The position numbers and the translations under genes are program-made. Source: an uncultured Lentisphaerales bacterium (GTDB taxonomy: Bacteria; Verrucomicrobiota; Lentisphaeria; JABSQK01; UBA12247). Taken from it: 64,000 nucleotides of DNA. Shown here piece by piece: positions 31,053 to 41,299 of this stretch (position 1 is the first letter of the stretch; each line of letters starts with the position of its first letter). The notes under the pieces are model-generated. The model was given only the letters and a program-made list of their open reading frames with translations, made no database searches and was not told the DNA's origin. The stretch spans positions 1 to 64,000 of the forward strand of contig CALSSJ010000020.1 of the NCBI GenBank assembly GCA_943788985.1, read 5' to 3'.

Positions 31053-34000
31053 ATGATGATCTCCGTTTCCGAATCAACGATTAAAAAATTCCTCAAGATT
31101 TTTGCTGTGTTGGCTAGCGCCGCCATGATCGCGAGCGGCTTCTTCTCTGCCCCGGAATTGCCGGAAGAACTCGCCCTGTTTGTCGGCCGATTCCACCCGC
31201 TGGTGGTCCACATGCCGATCGGCTTCGTGACCGCGGTCCTGCTGATCCAGCTGGTCGCAATCTATCGTAGGGCCGACCTGCGTCTGGCCGTTCGGACGCT
31301 GCTGTGGTTTACGATGATCTCTGGCATTCTGTCGGCAGTGTTTGGGACCTTGCTGGCCATTCCCGGTGGCTACGACGAGGTGCTGCTGGAGCGGCATCGC
31401 TGGCTGGGAATCGGGACCAGCATCGCCTGCATCTGGATGTTGGTCGCGCACCAGTCAAATCGCAAGCAGAGAGACATGCTCTACAGCCTGTGCCTGTTGA
31501 TTTGTATGGGGCTGGTAGGGGCTACCGGGCACCTAGGCGGGGCTCTGACCCATGGCGAAGGCTATCTCACGGCCTACCTACCAGAAGTCTTAGGGGGGCC
31601 GGCCCTGCCAGAGCCAATCGATCCCGGAACCAAGGAAGATGCCGCCATCTATGGGCGCGTCATCCAGCCGCTGCTACAGAGCAAATGCGTGTCCTGCCAT
31701 AACCCAGGGAAGAATAACGGTGATTTGCAGATGCATGATCTAGCCAGCCTACTGAAAGGTGGCAAGCACGGACCTGCGATCAATACCAAGAGCGCATCTG
31801 AGAGTTTGCTCATCACCCGAGCTGAACTGCCGCTTGAGCACAAGGAGCATATGCCGCCGAAAGGCAAGGTCCAGCTGACAGATCCCGAACTGGAATTGCT
31901 TCGCTGGTGGATTGGCCAGGACGCGCCAGAGCGTGTGGCTCTGGATGGAGACCTGCCACAAGATGAATCGATCGCGCTGATGGAAAGCGCACTGAGCTTT
32001 GCAATCGCGGAGCCAAAGCTGCCGTTGCTCAGCTGGGAAGAGACCGTCGAGGCTAGCAAACCGCTTCACAACAATCCGAACGTCCGGATCCGTCGAGTCT
32101 CACTCGACACACCGGTGGTGGACGTATTCTTTGAGCCAAGTTCAGACAACATCGATGCCCTTGTTGCACAGCTGCTGCCGATCAAGGCGAATATCTTACT
32201 GCTGGATTTGAGCAATACCGAATTCACCGACGCTGCCGTCGAACAGCTGGCTGGCTTTACTAATCTGGAAGAGCTGCGTCTGAACAACACGCCGATCACA
32301 GATGCCCATGTTGCGCAATTCGAACGCTTGCGGCAGTTGAGGAAGCTGAACCTCTACGGCACACAGATTAGTGATGCCGCCTTGGTTGCGCTGCGGAAAC
32401 TCCCCGAACTCAGGCAGGTAAACACCTACGAGACGGAGGCGACGTACGAGGCTGCCGAGCAGTTTATCGCCGAGATGGAGAACGAAGTCGTGCAACGGAA
32501 GCTGGAGAATAAAATCAAGCAGCTAAAATCGCAGCTTCTGTCGCTGGCAGTTGAAGTCGTTGGCATTGAACCAGAGCCGCCTGCGACAACCCTTGCCGCG
32601 AGTCTGGAAAAATTCAATAGCGACACATCCAGCTACGGCACACTTGTCACGAAGCGTGCGAGAGTCGCCGTCAGCTCGACCTCTGTGCATGATCCGCCGA
32701 ATGGCTTGCGATCCCTGATCCAAGAAAAGGGCGAAGAGCTTCCCTTCTCGTTTCATACTGCCGAAGAAAAGAACCCGTGGGTATCCTTCAACTATCAAGC
32801 CCCGATTCGCCTGAATGCGATCAGCATTCGCAACCGCACCGACCTCACCGAACGGGCCGCCGGCCTCGTCTTGGAAGGCAAGCTTAGCACGGCGAACGAG
32901 ATTGTCGTGGTGACGAATACAATGGACACGAAACTCACCGAGTATGCGCTAGGCCAACGGCTGCAAGGGCGCTACATCACGATGCGGTTTACGGGGCCAG
33001 GGACCTGTAACCCGGGCGGCTCAGAATTGGTGCTCGCCCTTGGGCCCGAGAGCGCCTATCAGAAAGATGTGCTGGCACTCAAGCCCATCGCATACTACAG
33101 CTTTGACACAGCTGATCTCGCCAAGGCAGACACAGCGAGTAACCTGGGCTCGCTTGCGAACTCCGCAACTCTGGCAGGCGGTGCACGCTTCAGCGGCGAA
33201 AGCGGTGGCTACATCGGTGGTGCGCTCACTATTGACGACAACAGTAACCATGTCCTGCTTGTTGATGACGGTGCGATTGCTCTCGGCCAGGATTGGACTA
33301 TTTCCACCTGGTTCCAAGGGCTGCATGACTCCTCAAACTTCCGTACATTGACCCGGTCCAAGGACGATGGGGCGGATCATCAAGTCATCATCAACAATGG
33401 GACCGATAACCTGGGGCTCTATAACAATGGCGACCCCGAGGCCAGAGGCTTTCAGGACAGTGGCTATGATCTCCTCCTTGGTGATGCTGCCTGGCACCAT
33501 CTTGTCGCAGTCGGCACCGGCGGTGACGCCGGGAAAACGGAGTTTTACATCGATGGCAAGCACGTCGCGACGGTCGAACAAGGCAGTTCGGGGAATGTGT
33601 ATGCGATCGGAAACTACCAGCATGGCACCCAGCCCTTTGCGCAGGCCCTTGACGAGTTTGCGGTCTTTGATCGCGCCTTGACAACTGCTCAGATCGCCAT
33701 CCTCGCAGGCAACAAACCCGCCCCAGCCAAGGTCGCTGACACCGTCCTGCTGCCAGCGCCAGTCAAGGCAACCGCGTCGAGCGAGTTCAGTGAGAACTAT
33801 GCCGTGACGCATCTGTTTGACGGCGCTCCAACCATCCAAGATCTGGGCACCTCGCAGATGCTGGGGACGCAATATGCCGGTAAAGGACCTGGGCCGCATG
33901 TGGTCAGCTATGACATGGGAGCCTCCGTAACCTTCGACCGCATTTTCTACGCCCAGCGGCCCACGAATCTTTGCGATGCCACCAACACGATTGAGTTTTG

Positions 34001-35636
34001 GGTTAGCGATAGCGACCCCGGGCCTACTTCCACCGAAATGCCAATGCTCGGCGGTTCGGGCTGGCAGGAAATCCATGCGTTCGAGGGCACGCCCAGTGCG
34101 TGGAATGTCGACTTGACTGAACTTCCCAGCGACAAGCGAACCGCCACAGATTTTCGCTTGGTCATTAAGAAGGAGAAGGCGATTCTACATCTGCAAAAGG
34201 TGTTACTGTGGGGCGAAAGTCGCCCTGCGTCGGTCTCGGTTTCCATTCTGGATGCGGGCAAAGGCAAGTATGGCAGCCGCATCAGCACAGAGGCCAAGGT
34301 CTCGGTGAGTTCAACCACTGTGCATGATCCTCCGGCGGGCTTGAAGGCGCTCATCCAGGACAAGGATAATGGACTCGATTTCGCATTTCACACCGGAAAC
34401 GAGATGAAGCCCTGGGTGCAGTTCAGCTATCCCATCGAGACCACTGTGCATGCGATCCATATCGTCAATCGCAAAGATCTCATAGAACGCGCCGAAGATC
34501 TGGCCCTGCAGAGTTCGAAAGACGGCAAGACCTGGGACGAGATTTGGGCGTCCGATGCGGTAGCCCCGGAATGGACGCTTGACCTGACCAAAGTCCCCGT
34601 TGCCAAGCGGGAAGCTAAGTACTTCCGGCTTATCCTTGATCGTGAATCCCCGGCGACGCTTCATCTCTCGCAAGTACACATGTGGGGAATTGGCCAAGCA
34701 CCTGCTAAACCAGAGGCAGCGGTTGCGCCAGCAAGGACAGGCCAAGGTGACTGGATTTACGAGGTGGTCTCAAATTGGGGAGCGGTGCCCGGGCATGATC
34801 ACATCGGCGCCACCAACGGCAGCATCGTGATCGATAAGTCTGGCAAGGTCTACGTGTCTACCGATGGCCCTCACGGACTGATTGTATATGAGCAAGACGG
34901 CACTTTTATTAAGAGCCTTGGTCCCCATACCAAGCGGTTTCATGGTATGAACATTGCGGAAGAAAATGCCAAAGAATACATCTTCGCGGCAGCAATGGGC
35001 ATCGTCTACAAGATCGACCTCGATGGACATGTCGTCCTTAAAATTGAGGGGGCCAAACAGGCGCCGGAGAATATCTGGGCAAAAGCCACGGCCGTCGCCA
35101 TCGCACCGAACGGAGACCTGTTTATCGCCGATGGCTATGGCAGCTCTGTCATCTACAAGTACCAGAGCGACGGCACGTTCATCCGCAAGTTTGGATTGCG
35201 GGGAAAAAAGGATGGTCAATTCACCATTAGCCATGGACTGATCATTGACGCCCGAAATCCAAAGGCTCCTTTGCTGCTAGTCTGCGATCGCGAGAACGGC
35301 CGACTTCAGCATTTCGATCTGGATGGAAACTTTGTGGAGGTCATCATTGATGGCCTGCGCCGTCCATGTGCGGCATCCATCCACAATGACTTTATGCTTG
35401 TGGCCGAACTGGCTGGGCGGGCGGTGATATTGGACAAGAATAACGAGATTGTATCCATCTTGGGCGACAACCCACAGGTCAAGCAACGGGCAAACTTTCG
35501 GGTACCGCCAAAGGACTGGAAAGAAGGCGTTTTCACCGCGCCCCACGGCTGTTGCTTCGATGCCAAGGGTAATGTCTACATACAAGACTGGAACAAGTTC
35601 GGCCGCATCACCAAACTGGTGCGAGTCGCAAAGTAA
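31053..35636 (+). CDS. Multidomain protein: membrane domain, cytochrome c (CVSCH), LRR, discoidin/F5-8-like domains, LamG-like domain, NHL-repeat propeller
   Basis: GRFHPLVVHMPIG; CVSCH...HMPP; LEELRLNNTPITD repeats; WHHLVAV...FYIDGK...LDEFAVFDRAL; IADGYG, VCDRENGRLQHF, PHGCCFD. Confidence 0.85.
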   Translation: MMISVSESTIKKFLKIFAVLASAAMIASGFFSAPELPEELALFVGRFHPLVVHMPIGFVTAVLLIQLVAIYRRADLRLAVRTLLWFTMISGILSAVFGTLLAIPGGYDEVLLERHRWLGIGTSIACIWMLVAHQSNRKQRDMLYSLCLLICMGLVGATGHLGGALTHGEGYLTAYLPEVLGGPALPEPIDPGTKEDAAIYGRVIQPLLQSKCVSCHNPGKNNGDLQMHDLASLLKGGKHGPAINTKSASESLLITRAELPLEHKEHMPPKGKVQLTDPELELLRWWIGQDAPERVALDGDLPQDESIALMESALSFAIAEPKLPLLSWEETVEASKPLHNNPNVRIRRVSLDTPVVDVFFEPSSDNIDALVAQLLPIKANILLLDLSNTEFTDAAVEQLAGFTNLEELRLNNTPITDAHVAQFERLRQLRKLNLYGTQISDAALVALRKLPELRQVNTYETEATYEAAEQFIAEMENEVVQRKLENKIKQLKSQLLSLAVEVVGIEPEPPATTLAASLEKFNSDTSSYGTLVTKRARVAVSSTSVHDPPNGLRSLIQEKGEELPFSFHTAEEKNPWVSFNYQAPIRLNAISIRNRTDLTERAAGLVLEGKLSTANEIVVVTNTMDTKLTEYALGQRLQGRYITMRFTGPGTCNPGGSELVLALGPESAYQKDVLALKPIAYYSFDTADLAKADTASNLGSLANSATLAGGARFSGESGGYIGGALTIDDNSNHVLLVDDGAIALGQDWTISTWFQGLHDSSNFRTLTRSKDDGADHQVIINNGTDNLGLYNNGDPEARGFQDSGYDLLLGDAAWHHLVAVGTGGDAGKTEFYIDGKHVATVEQGSSGNVYAIGNYQHGTQPFAQALDEFAVFDRALTTAQIAILAGNKPAPAKVADTVLLPAPVKATASSEFSENYAVTHLFDGAPTIQDLGTSQMLGTQYAGKGPGPHVVSYDMGASVTFDRIFYAQRPTNLCDATNTIEFWVSDSDPGPTSTEMPMLGGSGWQEIHAFEGTPSAWNVDLTELPSDKRTATDFRLVIKKEKAILHLQKVLLWGESRPASVSVSILDAGKGKYGSRISTEAKVSVSSTTVHDPPAGLKALIQDKDNGLDFAFHTGNEMKPWVQFSYPIETTVHAIHIVNRKDLIERAEDLALQSSKDGKTWDEIWASDAVAPEWTLDLTKVPVAKREAKYFRLILDRESPATLHLSQVHMWGIGQAPAKPEAAVAPARTGQGDWIYEVVSNWGAVPGHDHIGATNGSIVIDKSGKVYVSTDGPHGLIVYEQDGTFIKSLGPHTKRFHGMNIAEENAKEYIFAAAMGIVYKIDLDGHVVLKIEGAKQAPENIWAKATAVAIAPNGDLFIADGYGSSVIYKYQSDGTFIRKFGLRGKKDGQFTISHGLIIDARNPKAPLLLVCDRENGRLQHFDLDGNFVEVIIDGLRRPCAASIHNDFMLVAELAGRAVILDKNNEIVSILGDNPQVKQRANFRVPPKDWKEGVFTAPHGCCFDAKGNVYIQDWNKFGRITKLVRVAK

Positions 35637-35860
35637 GCGAGCCCTCTCAGGCCGGCCTTCCCACGTTCCTGTAGAACGCTATGCACCCCGCTTCATACGT
35701 AAGCTTGGCGAGCGCAGAAGTCTACAAGGAAGGCCAGAAGGAAAGGAGGGCTTGTAGGCGTAAAAATTGGACATGACTACGGTGGCCGCACGGCTGCACT
35801 AGTGGCCACCGGTCCCTAGTCAGCAAGCTCTGCAAGATTCTCGACGAAGAGGCAGGCGCG

Positions 35861-36677
35861 ATGCATGCCGAGTTTGACGCAACTCAGTGGACCTTGGGCG
35901 ACGTGAATTGGGCGTTTCGCTTGCTTGTCCGAGACCAGTATACGACCACCAACTTCGACGAGCTGGTCAAAAATCTGCAGAATATCCCGGATCTCTTCGG
36001 ACTCGCCTATGCGGTGAGCTTTGGGGTCGAAGATGAGAAGCGCACGTTATCTGCCAAGTATCCGGTGGTCAGCCTGGGCTTGTAGTAGGGCATTCTGGCT
36101 CATGTTACACAGGGACTCTGCATTCACAACCTTGTGTATAAGCGGGTGGCTTATGACTACCTACGCTCACGGCAAATGACCAAAGGATCTGGCTACGATT
36201 TCGGCGGCAAACTGATTGAGCCCTACTTGTCGCAGGATGAGCGACTCTTGCTCAGTAACGTCATGGAGCGCTGTCAGGCCTTCATGCGCGAGCACTATTC
36301 AGCTCGCGACGCGCACTTTCTGGAGCACGAAGGTCGGCTGCTATTTATGTCCTTTCTCAAGCCCATCATCAACGGTGGCGGCTCCATGTGGAAGCAGCCA
36401 GTGCTCGGCGACGAGCGCCGCATGAATCTGGTGGTCACTTATGGCAAGAGCCAGAAAGAGGTCGTCGAACTCAAGATCTAGCACCGCGAAGCCGATCAAC
36501 AAGCGAGGCCTCCAGCAGCTCTCCGAGTATTTGGACTCCCTGGGGCTCACCGCCAGCTACATCCTGATCTTCGACTTTCGCGCCAGCAAAGAATGGAACT
36601 CAGAAGACCTGACCATCGCCAACAAGCAGATCACCGCAGTGTGCGTGAGAGAGTACGACAGCCGGGGACATTCCTAA
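35861..36677 (+). pseudogene. Remnant of an AAA-ATPase-like / PD-(D/E)XK nuclease domain gene
   Basis: TNFDELVKNL, EGRLLFMSFLKPIINGGG, VVELKI*, GLQQLSEYLD, YILIFDF; in-frame stops, frameshifts and no N-terminus. Confidence 0.65.
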
Positions 36678-36821
36678 TAGTCTCTGCGACTTGGTCTAAC
36701 TCCCATCGCGCCGTTAGCACGCTTGACGCTCAGATACGCAATGCTAGATTACACGTTTTCCCTTTGTCAGGCAGAGCCCACCGCAGGGCGACACTTTTCT
36801 AGAATTAAGCCAGGAGTCATA

Positions 36822-37223
36822 ATGTCAGTTCGATTGAGATTGCGCCGCACAGGCACGCGCAACAAAGCATGCTATCGTGTTGTAGCCGCAGACCAACGTT
36901 CCCCGCGTGATGGACGCTTTATCGAGGCCTTGGGTCTCTACGATCCACGTCATGAAGATGAGAACCTTGATCTAGCACGCGTCGACTACTGGCTCGCAAA
37001 CGGCGCCCAGCCTAGCGAGACCGTGAGAGACATTATCCGCCGTTGCCGCGACCGCGCTGCAGGCATTGTCACAGAGCCAGCTCCCGAGCCCGTCGCTGAA
37101 GTTGAAGCAGCTCCAGTTGTTGAAGAAGAAACAGCTCCGGTCGAGACCGCTGAAGAAACCGCACCAGCAGAAGCTCCTGCTGCTGAAGAAGCTGGCGTTG
37201 CGGACAAAGAGATCAGCGCCTGA
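36822..37223 (+). CDS. rpsP: 30S ribosomal protein S16 with an acidic Ala/Glu/Pro-rich tail
   Basis: MSVRLRLRRTG, YRVVAADQRSPRDGRFIE, GAQPSETV. Confidence 0.97.
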   Translation: MSVRLRLRRTGTRNKACYRVVAADQRSPRDGRFIEALGLYDPRHEDENLDLARVDYWLANGAQPSETVRDIIRRCRDRAAGIVTEPAPEPVAEVEAAPVVEEETAPVETAEETAPAEAPAAEEAGVADKEISA

Positions 37224-37540
37224 TGATCGCTTTTTTCCGCAAGCTTTTCGGCAAGGGTGATGCGCCAGTCGTAACCACCAAGCGCACTGCGCCCGCAGGC
37301 GAATGTGATTTGCCCGCTTTTGTGCACTTTGTCGCAGGAAATCTCGTGGAAACCCGGAAGCAGGTGAAGGTGACTAGCGAGCGCGATGATCTCGGACTTC
37401 TGATCCACGTGGACTGTGTCGAGGGCCAGGCTGGTCGTGTGATCGGCCGGCGCGGTCGTACCATCACCGCCATTCAGGGGTTGGTGCGCGCGGCGAATGC
37501 AGGAAAGCGCCAGAAGACAAAGGTTATTGTAAACGGGTAG
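37223..37540 (+). CDS. khpA: KH-domain RNA-binding protein
   Basis: [11 protein letters not shown]xxG loop; lies directly after rpsP. Confidence 0.85.
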   Translation: MIAFFRKLFGKGDAPVVTTKRTAPAGECDLPAFVHFVAGNLVETRKQVKVTSERDDLGLLIHVDCVEGQAGRVIGRRGRTITAIQGLVRAANAGKRQKTKVIVNG

Positions 37541-37550
37541 CGAGCCAGTT

Positions 37551-38252
37551 ATGCGGATCGATGTCATCACCATCTTTCCCGACGTCTGCGACGCATACTT
37601 CAGTGAATCAATCATTAAGCGAGCTAGAGATCGGGAATTAATTGAGATTCAGCTAACTAATCTGCGAGACTTCACGCACGATAAGCATCGTTCCGTTGAT
37701 GATCGGCCCTATGGCGGCGGCGCCGGCATGGTCATGAAACCGGAACCACTTTTCGAAGCCGTTGAAGCACTGAGGACCGAGCAGAGCCACGTGATTATGA
37801 TGTCACCCCAGGGCAATCGGTTCACTCAGCAGAAAGCGCAGCAGTTGCGGAATTCGCAACACTTGATTCTCATCTGTGGCCATTATGAAGGATTTGACGA
37901 ACGAATTAGAGAAAGGTTGGTAGACGAGGAGATTTCAATCGGCGACTATGTGCTGACCAGCGGGATGCTTCCCGCAATGGTGATCACAGACGCGGTTGTC
38001 AGGCTGTTACCAGGTGTACTGGGTTGTGCGGACTCCGCAATCGAGGAATCCTTCAGTGAAGGCTTACTGGAATACCCCCACTACACTCGGCCGGAAGTAT
38101 ATCGAGGCATGGAAGTGCCCCCCGTGCTGCTTTCCGGAAACCATGGCCAGATTGCCAAATGGCGCCAGAATCAATCCGAGCTACGAACCAGGGAACGACG
38201 TCCCGATCTCTGGCAACAGATAAATGATACAAACGACGAGGACAAAGTATGA
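37551..38252 (+). CDS. trmD: tRNA (guanine37-N1)-methyltransferase
   Basis: [42 protein letters not shown]. Confidence 0.97.
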   Translation: MRIDVITIFPDVCDAYFSESIIKRARDRELIEIQLTNLRDFTHDKHRSVDDRPYGGGAGMVMKPEPLFEAVEALRTEQSHVIMMSPQGNRFTQQKAQQLRNSQHLILICGHYEGFDERIRERLVDEEISIGDYVLTSGMLPAMVITDAVVRLLPGVLGCADSAIEESFSEGLLEYPHYTRPEVYRGMEVPPVLLSGNHGQIAKWRQNQSELRTRERRPDLWQQINDTNDEDKV

Positions 38253-38596
38253 GCATTCTACAGAAAATAGACCAAGAACAGGCTAGGAACGAGCACCCGG
38301 ATTTCGGTATCGGTGATACCATTCGCGTGCACGTACGTATCGTCGAAGGCGACAAGGAACGTATCCAGGCCTTCTCCGGCACAGTAATCGGCCTGAACAA
38401 CGGCGGCCATGCCGAGACAGTGACCGTGCGTCGCGTATCCTATGGCCAGGGTGTGGAGCGTGTCTTCCCGCTGCAATCCCCACGTATTGCCAAGATTGAA
38501 GTCGAGATGCGTGGCCATGTGCGTCGCGCTAAGCTGTACTACCTCCGCGATCGCGTGGGCAAAGCTGCTCGCATTAAGGAAAAGCTCCGTCGTTGA
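38249..38596 (+). CDS. rplS: 50S ribosomal protein L19
   Basis: [36 protein letters not shown]. Confidence 0.97.
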   Translation: MSILQKIDQEQARNEHPDFGIGDTIRVHVRIVEGDKERIQAFSGTVIGLNNGGHAETVTVRRVSYGQGVERVFPLQSPRIAKIEVEMRGHVRRAKLYYLRDRVGKAARIKEKLRR

Positions 38597-39237
38597 CCTT
38601 TCCTGATTCCTGCGGCTTCTACGGGTTCGAACCCGTAGCCAGAGCCGCAGGATACCACGCCATTGCCGGCGTCGATGAAGTGGGCCGCGGCCCACTCGCC
38701 GGCCCGGTCGTGGCCGTGGCCGCGATCGTGCATGAGGCCGAGCAATTCGCTGGCCTGAACGACTCCAAGAAGGTCACCGAGAAACGCCGCGACACGCTCT
38801 ACGAGCTCCTTGCGAACTCCGCAGATGTGCAATACGGAGTGGGCAGCATTACGCCTGCTGAAATTGACAGGATCAACATCCTGCAGGCTACGCACAAAGC
38901 CATGCGCTTGGCAATCGCCGCGCTTCCCACCCCCGCAGACTTCGTTCTGGTGGATGGTCGCCCCGTCCCACGACTGGGCTGCGACTCACACAACTTGATC
39001 AAAGGCGACGGCCGCTGCGCCTCCATTGCCGCCGCCAGCATTCTGGCAAAAGTGATCCGCGACCGCCAGATGGTCGCCTACGACGAAGAGTTTCCGGGCT
39101 ACAGCTTTGCCTCCCACAAAGGGTACGGCACGGCAGCTCACCTCGCTGCGCTACGCAGCCTCGGTGCTTGCCCGATACACCGCCGTTCTTTCGCCCCGGT
39201 TCGTGACGTCGTTGAGCCCACACTGTTTGACTCTTAA
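38593..39237 (+). CDS. rnhB: Ribonuclease HII
   Basis: [42 protein letters not shown]. Confidence 0.96.
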   Translation: MTFPDSCGFYGFEPVARAAGYHAIAGVDEVGRGPLAGPVVAVAAIVHEAEQFAGLNDSKKVTEKRRDTLYELLANSADVQYGVGSITPAEIDRINILQATHKAMRLAIAALPTPADFVLVDGRPVPRLGCDSHNLIKGDGRCASIAAASILAKVIRDRQMVAYDEEFPGYSFASHKGYGTAAHLAALRSLGACPIHRRSFAPVRDVVEPTLFDS

Positions 39238-39355
39238 CTCTTGACGCTTGACGCTTGGAATGACGCAGTGACTGTCTGACGCATTGACAGACAGACAGTG
39301 AGTCATCCGGTCAGAGAGTCAACGCAAGAGTCAAAAGTCAAGAGTCAAGAGTCAA
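39227..39355. repeat. Inverted arrays of heptamer repeats (TTGACTC/TTGACGC ... GAGTCAA)
   Basis: Four left units at 39227-39254 and five right units at 39316-39355, between convergent genes. Confidence 0.85.
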
Positions 39356-39367
39356 CTAATCTTCCCC

Positions 39368-41299
39368 TCACTTCTGCGCCGCCAGCATTTTCCTAGCAGT
39401 CTCCAGATGCCCCGGCGCAGTCGGATGAGCGGGCACCAACCGCAAGGTCTCCTCAAGATGGTGGATCGCCTTCGCGAATTTCCGACTCGCCCCATAGACC
39501 ACGCCAATGTTATGGTGAGCGTCTGCATACTTCGGATCCCGGCGTAATGTCTCCTGCCAGGCTTTTACGGCCTCTTCAGCATTGCCACGCAGGTACCAAT
39601 GCATACCATACTCGAAACTGCTCTTGGGCCGCCCCTGATCCATGGCAATCCGCAGGTACTTCTCGGCAGACTCCCAGTTCTCCTGCAGCTTGTACACCAC
39701 ACCGAGATTTAGCGCACAGTCCACGGGTGCGTCCACCATGCCATAGGCTTTCTCAAGATACTGCTGCGCCTTTTTCATATTTCCCAGACCGTGGTAGGCC
39801 ACGCCAAGATTGTGCCAAACAGCTGCTGGCTCATGGCCGAGCTCGATGCACTTCTCCAGGGCCGGTCGCGCGTCGGCAGCTCGCCCCGCATTGAGGGCCC
39901 AAGTGCCCCAGCGTTCCAAGGCACTGGTGTACTCCGGATCGACCGTTGTCGCCTCGTAGTACAGAGGCCCGGCCTCAGCGATCTTCCCGCCCTGTTCCCA
40001 ATACATCGCCAAGCAATTCAGCGCCAGCGCGTTGTCGCGCGCCTTGGCCAGGCTGTCCTGCCACAACGTCTCGCTGTTCTGCCAGATGCCAACCCGCTGG
40101 AATGCGAGCCCGCCGTGAAGAACGAAAATAGCAGCAACCACCCCAGTCCTTAATTTCTGCTGCGGAATCCGCAACAGACCGGCCATGACAGCCAGCAAGA
40201 GCCCGGGCCCAGCTAGATAGAGGTAGCGGTCCGCCATAATCGTGGACAGCGCGTGAAAGATGCTCGAAACTAAAATCAACGCAATCAGAAACCAGCCCAC
40301 GCAAAATGCAGACGAGCGGATGCCTCGTCGCCATTGCCAGGCCGCCCAGCCCACCAGCAACAGAAGCCCTGCCCCACCGCCAAGCGCAGCTGGAGAAGTG
40401 AGCGGAATGATCCGGTTCGGATACTTGTTATTCAGCCCGAGGGGCAGGATCTCATGCCCGAGGTAGAAGGCGAAGGCGCGGAGAATCCCACCCGCTGACG
40501 CACTAGTCTCGCGAGCACGCTCGATCACGATCGTCTCCGTGCCTTCAAGCAAGCCGGCTCGGATCCGAATGGAGACCAGGGTCCAGACTAACAGTGCCGG
40601 CAGGTAACCAAGCGCGCGTTTTCGCAGGACCGCGATCGGAGCTTCTGACGAACGGCAAAGATCGAACAGCATGACCAGCCCGGGGAGGATCACCGCGAAG
40701 GGGCTCGAGAGCATCGCAAACCCCAAGGCTGCCGCGCCCGCGCAGTGCCAGCCCCAGTTGACTCGCTCTGCATTGGCTGTCGCTCGGGTGTAGCAATACA
40801 GCGCCGCAAACCCACCACTGGCCAGCAGTCCGTACTTCAGCGATGACACCCAAGCTACGGCCTCGACATTCACGGGATGAATGGCGAACCAGGCCGCGGT
40901 ACAGGCAGCAAGCAGATCATACTCTCGCGTGCCGCGGTCCGGCCAAAGCTGCGGCACTGCTAAACGGAGGAAGAGAAACAGAAAGATGCTGGCCAGCGCG
41001 TGAAACAGGGCGTTGACCAAGTGATAGCCGCCCGCATCAAGCTGCCAAAGCTGATACTGGACGGCGTAAGCCAGCTGCCGAATTGGCTGATAGGATTTTC
41101 CGGGCGTGACTTTGAAGGATTTCGCCACGGCTTCCACCAGCGGCCCGGTGACCACCGGATTCTCGCTAACCAAGACCGGATCGTCGAAGTTTACAAACTG
41201 GTAGCTTCCCGTGCGCCCATAGAGAATCGCCACCGCCAGCACCAATAGACCGCACACCATTGGCGCAAAGTGTTTTGCGGACTCCGCATTTTTCGGCAT
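39368..41299 (-). CDS. TMTC-like GT-C membrane protein with C-terminal TPR repeats
   Basis: FVNFDD, YQPIR, YHLVNALFH, HPVNVEAVAW, MADRYLY, WQNSETLW, TPRs. Confidence 0.85.
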   Translation of the reverse strand: MPKNAESAKHFAPMVCGLLVLAVAILYGRTGSYQFVNFDDPVLVSENPVVTGPLVEAVAKSFKVTPGKSYQPIRQLAYAVQYQLWQLDAGGYHLVNALFHALASIFLFLFLRLAVPQLWPDRGTREYDLLAACTAAWFAIHPVNVEAVAWVSSLKYGLLASGGFAALYCYTRATANAERVNWGWHCAGAAALGFAMLSSPFAVILPGLVMLFDLCRSSEAPIAVLRKRALGYLPALLVWTLVSIRIRAGLLEGTETIVIERARETSASAGGILRAFAFYLGHEILPLGLNNKYPNRIIPLTSPAALGGGAGLLLLVGWAAWQWRRGIRSSAFCVGWFLIALILVSSIFHALSTIMADRYLYLAGPGLLLAVMAGLLRIPQQKLRTGVVAAIFVLHGGLAFQRVGIWQNSETLWQDSLAKARDNALALNCLAMYWEQGGKIAEAGPLYYEATTVDPEYTSALERWGTWALNAGRAADARPALEKCIELGHEPAAVWHNLGVAYHGLGNMKKAQQYLEKAYGMVDAPVDCALNLGVVYKLQENWESAEKYLRIAMDQGRPKSSFEYGMHWYLRGNAEEAVKAWQETLRRDPKYADAHHNIGVVYGASRKFAKAIHHLEETLRLVPAHPTAPGHLETARKMLAAQK

